DNA of 64,000 nucleotides from Candidatus Cloacimonadota bacterium. Its GTDB lineage: Bacteria; Cloacimonadota; Cloacimonadia; Cloacimonadales; PWNZ01. Shown here piece by piece: positions 1 through 9,200 of this stretch. Under the pieces are notes generated by a model. That model made no database searches. It had not been told where the DNA came from and was given only the letters and a program-made list of their open reading frames with translations. Each line of letters starts with the position of its first letter. The first letter of the stretch is position 1. The stretch is taken from the NCBI GenBank assembly GCA_003564155.1, contig PWOA01000054.1, positions 26,237 through 90,236 on the forward strand, in the 5' to 3' direction. A program made the translations under genes and the position numbers.

Positions 1-336
1 GGCGATACCAGACACTCACCTTCACAAACTTTAATACAGGTATTAAACGAATCCTGGGCTATTGTAAAAACACACGATCCATATGTAGAAATGTGGCAGG
101 AAATGGAAAATATAACTGTTTCCAAAGATTTGAAAGAAACAATTTCCGGAGCTGACGTTATTGTATATGCAGTAGGACATGATGAATACTTACAGCATCA
201 ACCGGAAAAGATAGTCGAATTATGTGGTAAGAAACCATTGATCATAGATTGTTCTAACTTCGTGAATGATGAAAAAGTTGCTATTTATAAAAAGCTTCAG
301 TGTCCGGTTAAAGCTGTCGGTAAAGGAATATTCTAA
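1..336 (+). CDS. Nucleotide-sugar dehydrogenase (UDP-glucose/GDP-mannose dehydrogenase family), C-terminal fragment; 5' end outside window
   Basis: Frame 1 is open from base 1 (GDTRHSPSQTLIQVLNESWAIVKTHDPYVEMWQ...) to TAA 334-336. The RxSPS...DP...ADVIVYAVGHDEY pattern is typical of the C-terminal domain of this family. Confidence 0.6.
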   Translation, partial: GDTRHSPSQTLIQVLNESWAIVKTHDPYVEMWQEMENITVSKDLKETISGADVIVYAVGHDEYLQHQPEKIVELCGKKPLIIDCSNFVNDEKVAIYKKLQCPVKAVGKGIF

Positions 337-484
337 GACAAGAAACAGAAAAGGTTTTCCTTAAATCAATTCAGTAATGGTTTTTTGAGAGAAAGACTTG
401 ATGAGTGATCAAACTGTAATTTTTTTCTTGTCAGGTATACTGACTACGAAAAAAGTGTTGGTAAAAATAAAAAAGGTGATGTTT

Positions 485-1045
485 ATGGCGAATACATCTG
501 ATATTAGAAATGGAATGATAATTGAATATAAAGATGGGATATGGGAAGTAATTGAATTCTTGCATGTCAAACCTGGTAAGGGTAATACCTTCGTTCGCAC
601 AAAAATGCGTAATGTTAAGACAGGGCAGATACAAGAAAATAATTTCCGGATTAGCGAAAAAATTACGGAAGTTCGCGTAGAAAAATCAAAAAAACAGTAT
701 CTGTATCGTGATGGAGATTTCTTTGTATTTATGGACAATGAATCTTTTGAGCAGATAAATATTCCTTCTCATGTTATTGGTGATTTAGATAAAATGCTGA
801 TTGATAATACCGATGTAGTAATGAAAATGACCTCAGATGGAGAAATTTTGGGGATAGAATTACCCACATCAATAGAAATGGGAATTGTTGAGAGTGATCC
901 AAGTATCAAAGGAAATACTGCTTCATCAAGCGGTAAAAATGCGGTAACTGAAACCGGTTTAAAGATTACCGTTCCCTTTTTTATTGAGGTTGGAGATAAA
1001 GTTAAGATTGATACCCGTAACGGCTCTTACCTTGAAAGAGTATAA
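485..1045 (+). CDS. efp: Translation elongation factor P
   Basis: MANTSDIRNGMIIEYKDGIWEVIEFLHVKPGKGNTFVRTKMRNVKTG is the canonical EF-P N-terminus with the PGKG loop lysine. The length is 186 aa. AAGGTG lies 7 nt upstream of ATG 485. The ORF-track start at 398 adds a non-homologous extension. Confidence 0.93.
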   Translation: MANTSDIRNGMIIEYKDGIWEVIEFLHVKPGKGNTFVRTKMRNVKTGQIQENNFRISEKITEVRVEKSKKQYLYRDGDFFVFMDNESFEQINIPSHVIGDLDKMLIDNTDVVMKMTSDGEILGIELPTSIEMGIVESDPSIKGNTASSSGKNAVTETGLKITVPFFIEVGDKVKIDTRNGSYLERV

Positions 1046-1234
1046 AAAAGTACGGAGTAAAAAGATCTTGATAGGGCAATAGTTTTTTGATAATTAAATG
1101 AATTGCTAACTGACACTATTACACAATAGATTTATTAATCAGTTCATCGAACAAGAGGATAGAAAATAATCGAAAATGGTTGACAAAAATACCCTGCTTT
1201 ATTTTATGACAATCAAACGTTGAACGGAGGATCA

Positions 1235-1450
1235 ATGGCAAAGAAAAGAACATTTGCAGCAAAACTTGCGCATGAAATTGGAACTGAAGGTAAGCAAATA
1301 TGTCCCAATTGTGATATTGAAATTAAGAGAGTCAAAGTACTTCGCAATAAAAAAAGGGGAGCTAATAATTGGTCTCCTGCAGTTACATTTCAGAACATCT
1401 GTAAATGTAATGAAGGCGATATTTTTTCCGTGAAAACGTCTATGCAATAG
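1235..1450 (+). CDS. Small basic Cys4 zinc-ribbon protein (71 aa), function unknown
   Basis: GGAGG lies 5 nt upstream of ATG 1235. CPNC and CKC pairs suggest a zinc ribbon, and the N-terminus is Lys/Arg-rich. The gene is followed by a strong terminator at 1491-1530. Confidence 0.6.
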   Translation: MAKKRTFAAKLAHEIGTEGKQICPNCDIEIKRVKVLRNKKRGANNWSPAVTFQNICKCNEGDIFSVKTSMQ

Positions 1451-1470
1451 CACACACAACACACACACCC
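1451..1470 (+). repeat. Imperfect (CA)n tract cacacacaacacacacaccc directly after the stop codon
   Basis: Read directly from the sequence. It is a 20-nt C/A-only run in an otherwise AT-rich spacer. Confidence 0.6.
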
Positions 1471-1490
1471 TACATAGAATGCCCTCCTAA

Positions 1491-1530
1491 CGCCCTCTTA
1501 TCTCCCCGGTAAGAGGGCGTTTCCTTTATT
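1491..1530 (+). terminator. Rho-independent terminator
   Basis: Perfect 10-bp stem CGCCCTCTTA (1491-1500) / TAAGAGGGCG (1510-1519) with a 9-nt loop, followed by TTTCCTTTATT. Confidence 0.75.
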
Positions 1531-1637
1531 AAGGATTTTGAAGCGTTATGGTAATATTAGCTTAATAGTAGCTTTAATCAGGTTCAAATTACTTGGGAAT
1601 TTCGGAGATGTTTATGAAAGCATGGGATTTGTTTATA

Positions 1638-1667
1638 TTGACAAAATACTGTCTATTATTCGATAAT
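1638..1667 (+). promoter_or_regulatory. Candidate sigma70-type promoter TTGACA-N18-GATAAT for the protease cluster
   Basis: TTGACA at 1638-1643 and GATAAT at 1662-1667, about 80 nt upstream of ATG 1747. Confidence 0.35.
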
Positions 1668-1746
1668 ATTATAGTATTCGAGAACTACTAGATTAAAAAA
1701 AGAAAGATAATTATAACTCGTAAGTTAAGTATTCCAGAGGTTATTG

Positions 1747-4700
1747 ATGAAAAGATTTAGCATAATATTAACATTAGTACTTTTTGCTTATAGTTTTTAT
1801 ACAGGTCAATCCTATAAATTGTCAGCAGGTGAAGAACTTCATGTTTCAAGACTAGATTCATTTGGTATAAATACTGATCAAATCAACAATGATTTAATGA
1901 GATTGGTACCGGAAGGTGAAGAAAATGTTATCTCGGAAAAGTATGGACCTTTTGCAATTCAGGAAAGGAAGGCATTTTTAGAGGATAACATTAGAGATAA
2001 TTACTTACCATCTGAAGGAATTCGACTTCCTGAGAATATTCTTGTGTTAATGGTAGAATTTCCTGAAACACGTTTTGAAAATACTATTACTAATCAGGAC
2101 TATTTAGCTGATCCAAGCTATTCTATATCCGATTATATCGGTAGATATATGTTCCATTTACAGAGCTATTATTTAGATGCTTCGAAAGAATTATATCAGA
2201 TAAATTATGAAGTTTTGGATTCAATTATTACTTTAGACAGATCCATGAGTTATTATGGTAGCCAAGTAAATAGCTTAGCAAGAAGAGTGCGATTGATACG
2301 TGATGTTATTGCTAAGGTTGATTCGGTCGTTAATTTTAATGATTTCGATTCTTATGTGATTTTTCATGCAGGAGCCGGTAAAGAAACGGACGTATTTAAT
2401 GATAATCCAAACACTATTTCTAGTTCTTTCATTAATCGACGTTTATTACAAGCTGTTATGGCACCGGATGATGATGAATTCAAAGGTATTAAAACTGAGG
2501 ACGGTACATATATTCAAGAAGTTATTATTGCCGCTTCTCATCAGAATCACGAAATCACACAGCAAGAAACAAACTATAGCGTATTTGGTTTACTAACTTA
2601 CCTTTTCGGTAGACAGATGGGATTACCAACCCTGTTTGGTAACTTACCACAGTTGGGTGCTGCATCTGGAGTGGGTAATTTTTGTGTTATGGGAACCGGC
2701 GCTTGGAATGCTAACGGTCATGTACCGCCATACTTATCTGCTTGGATTCGATATGTGTTGGGATGGGAGTTCCCTAAAGTAATAACAAATGCATATCAAG
2801 ATTTAGAGATAGTTTATCCTTTTAAAACACCATTTTGGGAAGCTACTAATAGATTTCATATTAATAATGATGATTGGTGGGGCGGAACTCCACGGCTTTA
2901 TAAAGTACCAATATCTGCAACAGAATACTATTTAATTGAAAACCGAGAACAAAATCCTGATGGGGCTAAATTAGGTGATGAACCTAGATTCTCCTTTCAG
3001 CTATTACCTGAAGGAGAACAAGACTTTTATCCACCTCCTTATTATATGGTACCACGGTTCAATTTTATGAAAAATACCTACCGCGGTTGTGACTGGGATT
3101 TTTATTTACCAGGATATGGTGGACCTGAACATGAAGTCTTTATTGATGGTTCGGGGATTCTTATTTGGCATATTGACGAAAATATTATTAATGAAAAATA
3201 TGCAAAAAATCATATTAATGCAGATCCAAATCATCAGGGAGTAACTTTGATAGAGGCAGATGGAATACAGCATCTGCGCTCAAGCATACCTCACATATAT
3301 ATGCGTGGATCACCTTATGATAGCTTCCGACAAGGACATAATGACTACTTTGGATTTTCAATTAAGGATGACGGTATGGTATCTAATCCTTATGTAAAGA
3401 GTCATTATGGTAATACTGAATTAGAGATTTATGATATTAGTATTTCAGGGCCGCAGATGACTTTTTCCGTGAATCTTCCTCGTACTATAGAATATGATTA
3501 TATAGGGGAAGATGTCTTGCCTTTGAGTGTTGTGCCAAATTCTGAAAAGATGTCGGAATTGATTTTTTTGCCGACTTCCTCAGGGAGCGTATTTTTATTA
3601 GAGGAAGATGAAGTTATACCTGGATATCCAATAAAAACTGATGATATAACCCAACTTTATGCTTATGATCCTCTTAACAGTGCGTTTTTAGTGCCGGTTG
3701 AAGACAATGATAAAAGCCGTTTAATAATATTTGACATGACTGGTAAAGAGACTGCAGATATTTATCACGGTTATAAATGGGCTACGCATCCTATAGTACT
3801 GAATGATGCTTCTTACCATGATCAACCCGGATTAAGATTTGAAAGGCGAAATATAGATGATCAGGCTTATATAGCTTTGGCCTTACATAAGGATGAAGAT
3901 GCCAAAGTGGTATTATATGACACTCGTTTGAATAGGATCAAACAGTTTAATTTTAGTGAAACAAAAATTGCTGCAAATATGATGTATAAAAATGGGATCT
4001 TATATCTGATTACTAAGCCGGTGAATAATCCGGTTATTACAAATTTAATTGCTATAGATACAATAAGTTATGAAAAGAAGGAAATTCGTTTAGTTGATGA
4101 AATTGGAGCGTCATTAACCAATCTCAAAGATCAAATATCCAATTATAATATTAAATCAGCATTACTTGCTCCAGTAAAGCGAACAGAAAATGTAGATATC
4201 GGAGATAATCTCATCATTATCACAGAATCTAATGGATTATACCTTATCGATTTAGATGGATCATTACAATCAGGTTATCCTGTATATTTTGATGATGATA
4301 TTCTTTCCGTTCCATCGCTTGCCGATGTCACCGGCAATGGATTTTTGGATATTATACTTGTTTGCGGACATCGGTTACATGTTATTGATTACACAGGAGC
4401 CACTGTAAATTATCCCGTTAGGGCTGAGTTGGAGAAGAAACAAGGTGAGATTAATGGAGATAAAATTAATCACTTGGGAGCTGTAGCGTTCGATACTAAT
4501 GGTAATGGTAATAAAGAGATAATAAGTATAATGGATGCGAACCGATTAAATATGTGGGATAATCATTTAAAGACAGTTTCCGGTTATCCGTTAGTTTTTC
4601 TTGAACAAGGGAAACACACTCCTGTCGTAGCAGAAAATCATGATGGAGTTTTTCTGTATGTTAATGCTGAAAACGGTAAAATATTCAAACGTAAGTTGCC

Positions 4701-5103
4701 AGGAGCTGTTATTGGTGAAAATAGTATATCATCCTTATGGTATAGTGAGTATGGTAATCTACAAAGAACTGCTTCATATACCTTGTTTTTACCGGATAAT
4801 AAGCTAAAAACCGATGCTATTTTTGTTAAAGATCAATGCTATGTTTTCCCTACCCCTTTAACTTATGAAAATGGCGGAATTCTTTATTTTAATATCATGG
4901 TAAGTAAAAACACACCGGTTGAATTGAAAATATTTGACATTTCAGGCCGCATGATTTTTAAAGATGAGTATTACTGTCATGCTTACGTAGATAACCGTGA
5001 TTTAGTGTTTAAGAGGATCGAAGACTTGAGTACTGGTATTTACATTGCTGTACTTAAGGCTAAATCGGAAACGATGGAAATAAGATTTGCAGTAGAGAAA
5101 TAA
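1747..5103 (+). CDS. Secreted M6 (immune inhibitor A)-like domain protein with degenerate zinc site, FG-GAP-type repeats and T9SS-like C-terminal domain
   Basis: Signal peptide MKRFSIILTLVLFAYSFYTG. M6-domain blocks are present: GVGNFCVMGTGAWNANGHVPPYLSAWIRYVLGW and GILIWHIDENII...HQGVTLIEADG. YLFGRQMGLPT sits where HEFGHxLGLPD is expected. Repeats carry SGYP and ADVTGNGFLDIILV motifs. The C-terminal ~85 aa (..VELKIFDISGRMIF..TGIYIAVLKA..) resemble a Por secretion tail. Confidence 0.8.
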   Translation: MKRFSIILTLVLFAYSFYTGQSYKLSAGEELHVSRLDSFGINTDQINNDLMRLVPEGEENVISEKYGPFAIQERKAFLEDNIRDNYLPSEGIRLPENILVLMVEFPETRFENTITNQDYLADPSYSISDYIGRYMFHLQSYYLDASKELYQINYEVLDSIITLDRSMSYYGSQVNSLARRVRLIRDVIAKVDSVVNFNDFDSYVIFHAGAGKETDVFNDNPNTISSSFINRRLLQAVMAPDDDEFKGIKTEDGTYIQEVIIAASHQNHEITQQETNYSVFGLLTYLFGRQMGLPTLFGNLPQLGAASGVGNFCVMGTGAWNANGHVPPYLSAWIRYVLGWEFPKVITNAYQDLEIVYPFKTPFWEATNRFHINNDDWWGGTPRLYKVPISATEYYLIENREQNPDGAKLGDEPRFSFQLLPEGEQDFYPPPYYMVPRFNFMKNTYRGCDWDFYLPGYGGPEHEVFIDGSGILIWHIDENIINEKYAKNHINADPNHQGVTLIEADGIQHLRSSIPHIYMRGSPYDSFRQGHNDYFGFSIKDDGMVSNPYVKSHYGNTELEIYDISISGPQMTFSVNLPRTIEYDYIGEDVLPLSVVPNSEKMSELIFLPTSSGSVFLLEEDEVIPGYPIKTDDITQLYAYDPLNSAFLVPVEDNDKSRLIIFDMTGKETADIYHGYKWATHPIVLNDASYHDQPGLRFERRNIDDQAYIALALHKDEDAKVVLYDTRLNRIKQFNFSETKIAANMMYKNGILYLITKPVNNPVITNLIAIDTISYEKKEIRLVDEIGASLTNLKDQISNYNIKSALLAPVKRTENVDIGDNLIIITESNGLYLIDLDGSLQSGYPVYFDDDILSVPSLADVTGNGFLDIILVCGHRLHVIDYTGATVNYPVRAELEKKQGEINGDKINHLGAVAFDTNGNGNKEIISIMDANRLNMWDNHLKTVSGYPLVFLEQGKHTPVVAENHDGVFLYVNAENGKIFKRKLPGAVIGENSISSLWYSEYGNLQRTASYTLFLPDNKLKTDAIFVKDQCYVFPTPLTYENGGILYFNIMVSKNTPVELKIFDISGRMIFKDEYYCHAYVDNRDLVFKRIEDLSTGIYIAVLKAKSETMEIRFAVEK

Positions 5104-5148
5104 GTTATATATAAAAAGAAATATCATTAAATATAAAAGGATCTTATA

Positions 5149-6075
5149 ATGTTAATTAATAACAAGATAGTATACATTCCTATAGTTTTAATTCTACTGA
5201 TCAACATCAGTGTCAATATCAATGCTAATCAATCGCAATCAAAAGCTGAATATGGTTGGCAGATGCTTACTATTCCACCTAACACGTCAATATCCTCAAT
5301 GGCTGGAACAGGTGCATCCATATCACCAGAAGCAAGTTCTTTTATTTCCCATCCAACTGCCGGTTTGTTAAGTCAATCACATTCTATTTCAGTTTCCCAG
5401 ACAAACTGGCACTTTGATACAATTTTTAACAGTATTGCTATTAACCTTCCTCGCGGATCAAGATCGTTGGGTTTTGCATTGAGGAGTTTGGATTATGGTA
5501 AGTTCGATACACGTGATATTTCCGGTAGAATAATTGGAGAGTTTCATCCTTTAGATCTTAATATTATTGGAAATGCCGCCTTTAGAGTTTCGCCGAATTA
5601 TTATTTCGGATTTAATCTCTTTGTACTGTATCAAAAGATTGAATCCTCTTCATCTCTGGGATGGGCTACAGATCTTGGAATTACTTATTTGACACCGGTA
5701 ACCGGTTTAGACATTCATGCAGCTATTAAACATTTGGGTGCAACAACTTCCGTTAAACAAGAAAGCATAAAGCTTCCTTTGACACCGGAAATCTCATTTG
5801 GATATAGATTGCCAGATAGATTAGATATAGTTTATTGTGAATTTAAAATCTTATCTCATCCGGATGATGATGATTTGAAATTCGTCACTGGCATTAATAC
5901 GGATATAACAGAACATTTCAGTATAAATTTCGGTCATAGAATAAATTATGATAGCCATAATTATTCAGCCGGTATGGGACTCAACGTCAGGAATTTGATA
6001 TTTAATTATAGTTTTTTACCATTTAAACATAACTCTGATGATGCTCACTCTTTTAGTATAAGTTATCTTTTTTGA
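5149..6075 (+). CDS. Outer-membrane beta-barrel protein, PorV/PorQ-like (tentative)
   Basis: Has a signal peptide. The N-terminal motif SMAGTGASISPEASSFISHPTAGLL resembles the G-x-G-x-A...(D/E)xSAxxxNPAGL motif of PorV/PorQ-type barrels. Alternating beta-strand pattern, and the C-terminus FSISYLF ends in an aromatic residue. Lies 45 nt downstream of the preceding gene. Confidence 0.5.
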   Translation: MLINNKIVYIPIVLILLINISVNINANQSQSKAEYGWQMLTIPPNTSISSMAGTGASISPEASSFISHPTAGLLSQSHSISVSQTNWHFDTIFNSIAINLPRGSRSLGFALRSLDYGKFDTRDISGRIIGEFHPLDLNIIGNAAFRVSPNYYFGFNLFVLYQKIESSSSLGWATDLGITYLTPVTGLDIHAAIKHLGATTSVKQESIKLPLTPEISFGYRLPDRLDIVYCEFKILSHPDDDDLKFVTGINTDITEHFSINFGHRINYDSHNYSAGMGLNVRNLIFNYSFLPFKHNSDDAHSFSISYLF

Positions 6076-6252
6076 TTTAAAAGATTAACAATAATAAAAT
6101 ATGTTCGCAGCCTTATTAGGGCTTTGCTAAAGAAAATCGTTAGACAATGGAATAATTTTTTTACTGTGGATTTGTGTTTTGATAAATGAGGTATTGTGTC
6201 TCATTAACTAGTATGTTAAGATACAAACCATAACTAATATGAGGAAGGATTA

Positions 6253-9200
6253 TTGAGATTTATTTTTTTAGTGTTATTATCTTTATTTTTCACCCAATTA
6301 TTTGTTCAACCGTTATCATCTATAGGTCTAAAATATACTCCTCGAGAGTTAATAGTTAAAACCTCAGCGCCTGTTAATACTAGGGACTTATCATTTGCTG
6401 CTCCTGAACTAGACCGTTTATTAGCTGAGCTGTCGGTGAAAGAAATCAAACCGGTTACACCTTCTGCTACAAACAATTATTATATAGTACGTGTAACAGA
6501 AGATTTTGAATGGAATAATCTAAGGCGTCGTATTGACTATGCCAGATTGGGAAGCAGTGCCGGTATTGAACATATTCAGCCGAACTATATCAATGAAATG
6601 TTAATTGAACCTAATGACCCGTTATTTTCCGAACAATACTTAGATCTGATAAGAATACCGCAAGCTTGGCAGTATGAAACAGGTAGTGAGCAGGTTATTG
6701 TGGCAATAATAGATTCCGGATTATGGTTTGAACATCCTGAGTTTGTATGCGAAAGCAATATATGGATAAACCATTCCGAATATCCACCTAATGGCGAAGA
6801 TAGTTCTGGGAATGGATATATAGATGATTGGCGAGGATGGAACTTTGTTGATGCACCTGAATTATCAGGCATAGCAATAGGTAATTATGTAGGTCAAGAT
6901 AATGAGCCATTTGATGAAACAGGCCATGGAACTCATGTTTCCGGTATAATCGTGGCTAAAACAAATAATAATGAAGGTATCGCCGGTGTTTGCTGGGATA
7001 TAAAGATGATGATTTTGAGAGCTGGGTTCAGAACTGTTACCGGAGCAGGATATTTGCAGGATGATGATGCAGCTGCCGCAATAATATATGCTGCTGATAA
7101 CGGTGCTCATGTTATAAATCTCAGTTGGGGGAGTAACCGTTTTTCACGTATTATAGCTGATGCTTGTCAATATGCTTATGAAAAGGGATCAATCATCGTT
7201 GCATCTGCAGGTAACAATCCTCGCCCGGAAGTGATGTATCCAGCAAGATTAAACACTACTATTGCTGTGGGTGCTGTTGATAATAATCTAAATCCGACCT
7301 CTTTTACTTCTTATGGTCCTGATATTGACTTAATGGCACCAGGGCAGAATGTATTAAGTACCTATTTAGATAGAGATGATAGAATTTATAGAAGATTATC
7401 GGGAACTTCGATGTCAGCTCCATATGTATCGGGTGCAATAGCATTACTATTATCTTCGGAACCACGGTTGAGTTTTGAAGAGGTTAAATCTAGATTATTG
7501 CGTTCATCTAAAGACATGGGCGTTCCAGGTTTCGACAATAGATTTGGTCATGGAGTGTTAGATGCTGAAAAGTTGTTAACCATATCTACCGGACCCTATG
7601 TAGAAGTTACTTATCCAACAAATAATCAAGGATTTTCGCAATCTTTTGAAATCAAGGGTACTGTTAGGACTCCAGATTTCTTCCGTTATAGTGTTATGTT
7701 TACCGATAGTAAAGAACCTGAATCTTTTGATTGGAAAGATGTTATAACTCATAATAATAGCCCTCATTATTATTATGAAGAAGTAGAAGATGATGTAATA
7801 ACAAAATTTAACATACCTCATACCTTACCGGACAACAATTATTTAGTCCGTATCCTAATTGAAGATAATAGAGGGAATAGTTATCAATCAAGATTTAGAG
7901 TGAATGTTAATCAATCCAAACCGAAGTTGATAGCTGAAAGCTTAACAGTATTTGAAAGATATTCGGCCAATTTTTTATATTACTATATACAAGCAAAATT
8001 TGATCAATCAGTATCTTTAGAGATTGAGTTAAAAAAAAATACTGATATTGATAATGAAGTACAAGATATTAATATTGTACATAGCAATCATTCTGACTCC
8101 TTACACATCTTAAAGATACCTAAATTAGCACACGGAGACTATTCCTTTCGAATATCTGCAGTTAATAACAGTAGCTTTCGTTATACTTCAGATTGGTATG
8201 AGAACATGTTAAATGTTCGTCCATATGCAATAAATAGCGGAAACTATCAGAGCCAAATCGTCGGACCTGCTTTAATAAGTATAGGAAAATCTAAAGATTA
8301 TAATGGGAACGGTTTACCCGAATTTATTGGTTTAGAATATAGTCCTGAACAAGACAAAGCTGAAGTTGGTGTTTTTGAATTAAACTACAATAGAGAGATG
8401 GAGTTGCAACATAAATTTGATGATTACTTCTTGCCAGTTGATTCAGGAAATACTAATAATGGAGGTATGGAAGTTTTAGGTCTAATGTTAGACACAGCAG
8501 TTATTTTTGAAGCATATGGAGCTGAAGTCTATCCGAATGTAACATTGTGGTCAAAAGATGCTGTCAATGGAGGAAATTTTATTGATTGGAATGATAACGG
8601 TGTAGATGACCTGTTTTTGGTTAGAAGCTATGAAGATCAGACCATAATATCTTTTTTCGAAAGAACCGGTAATACTTTCACTGAGCGTAATACGCTTTTT
8701 AATAAAACAGAGTCGGATAATCGTAACCAATTTGTTCCTAAAGTTATCGCATCAGATTTTAATAATAATGGATATATGAATGTAATAGCAGCTGATACAG
8801 ATGGTGATATTATGATCTTCGAAATATATAATGAAAAACAGGATAGTTTAATCTTTCAACATCGGTTACCTGTATCGGACGCATATCATATTTCATCCGG
8901 AGATTTCACAGGTGACGGTTATAAAGAATTTTGTGTCGGTGGGCATAGTTTCAATCATGCTGACCCGGGGAAAACATTCTGGTATTTTGAGTTTTTTGGG
9001 TATGATCGAGATGGGATTAATGGGACTTCTAACCGTTTCAGATCCTTAGGTTATGTTTCCTTTGATCATTATGAACCAGTCAATGCTATCAAAGCAGTTG
9101 ATTTCAATGAAGATGGTAAATACTCGCTGGTTGTGGCATTAACTCCTTATCTTTACATCGTTAACTACGAGAATAAAGAATTTAAACCGGATTGGCAAGG

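Noticed and set aside
398-484. N-terminal extensions suggested by the ORF track (efp 398, small gene 1220, 10726, greA 11804, EF-G 21369, thiD 46494, lipoprotein 47502, rpsT to 55712, TetR 58686)
   Set aside because: Internal ATG codons with well-spaced GGAGG/AAGGAG sites give proteins of canonical length. The extensions are non-homologous, and several run through TTGACA promoter boxes.
409-738. Antisense ORFs (109 aa and 67 aa) overlapping efp
   Set aside because: They lie entirely inside the well-supported efp frame on the opposite strand. Their composition is low-complexity Ile/Phe/Ser-rich, typical of antisense reading of an AT-rich gene, and no SD is present.
1555-1615. tRNA-like fragments (TAGCTTAATAGTAGCT and GGTTCAAATT)
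   Set aside because: With a TTCAAAT loop the T-stem does not pair. No acceptor stem or anticodon arm can be drawn, and the D-loop GG is absent. This is not a tRNA, and I found no tRNA or rRNA elsewhere in the window.
6085-6252. Possible terminator or hairpins between the barrel gene and the S8 gene (GCAGCC..GGCTTTGC; AATGAG-N9-CTCATT)
   Set aside because: The stems are only 4-6 bp with mismatches and lack a U-tract. I cannot decide from the sequence whether the S8 gene is co-transcribed with the upstream pair.
6585-7821. Three 81-95-aa minus-strand ORFs inside the S8 protease gene, and similar short ORFs inside other large genes (2366-2596, 15190-15471, 11366-11714, 12166-12770, 23513-24091, 27862-29433, 31605-31883, 34585-34791, 36112-36303, 37089-37322, 38479-38679, 40942-41614, 46077-46268, 48667-49762, 50519-51162, 57014-57415, 58346-58570, 61328-61615)
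   Set aside because: All are nested within, or antisense to, strongly supported longer genes and have no independent signals.
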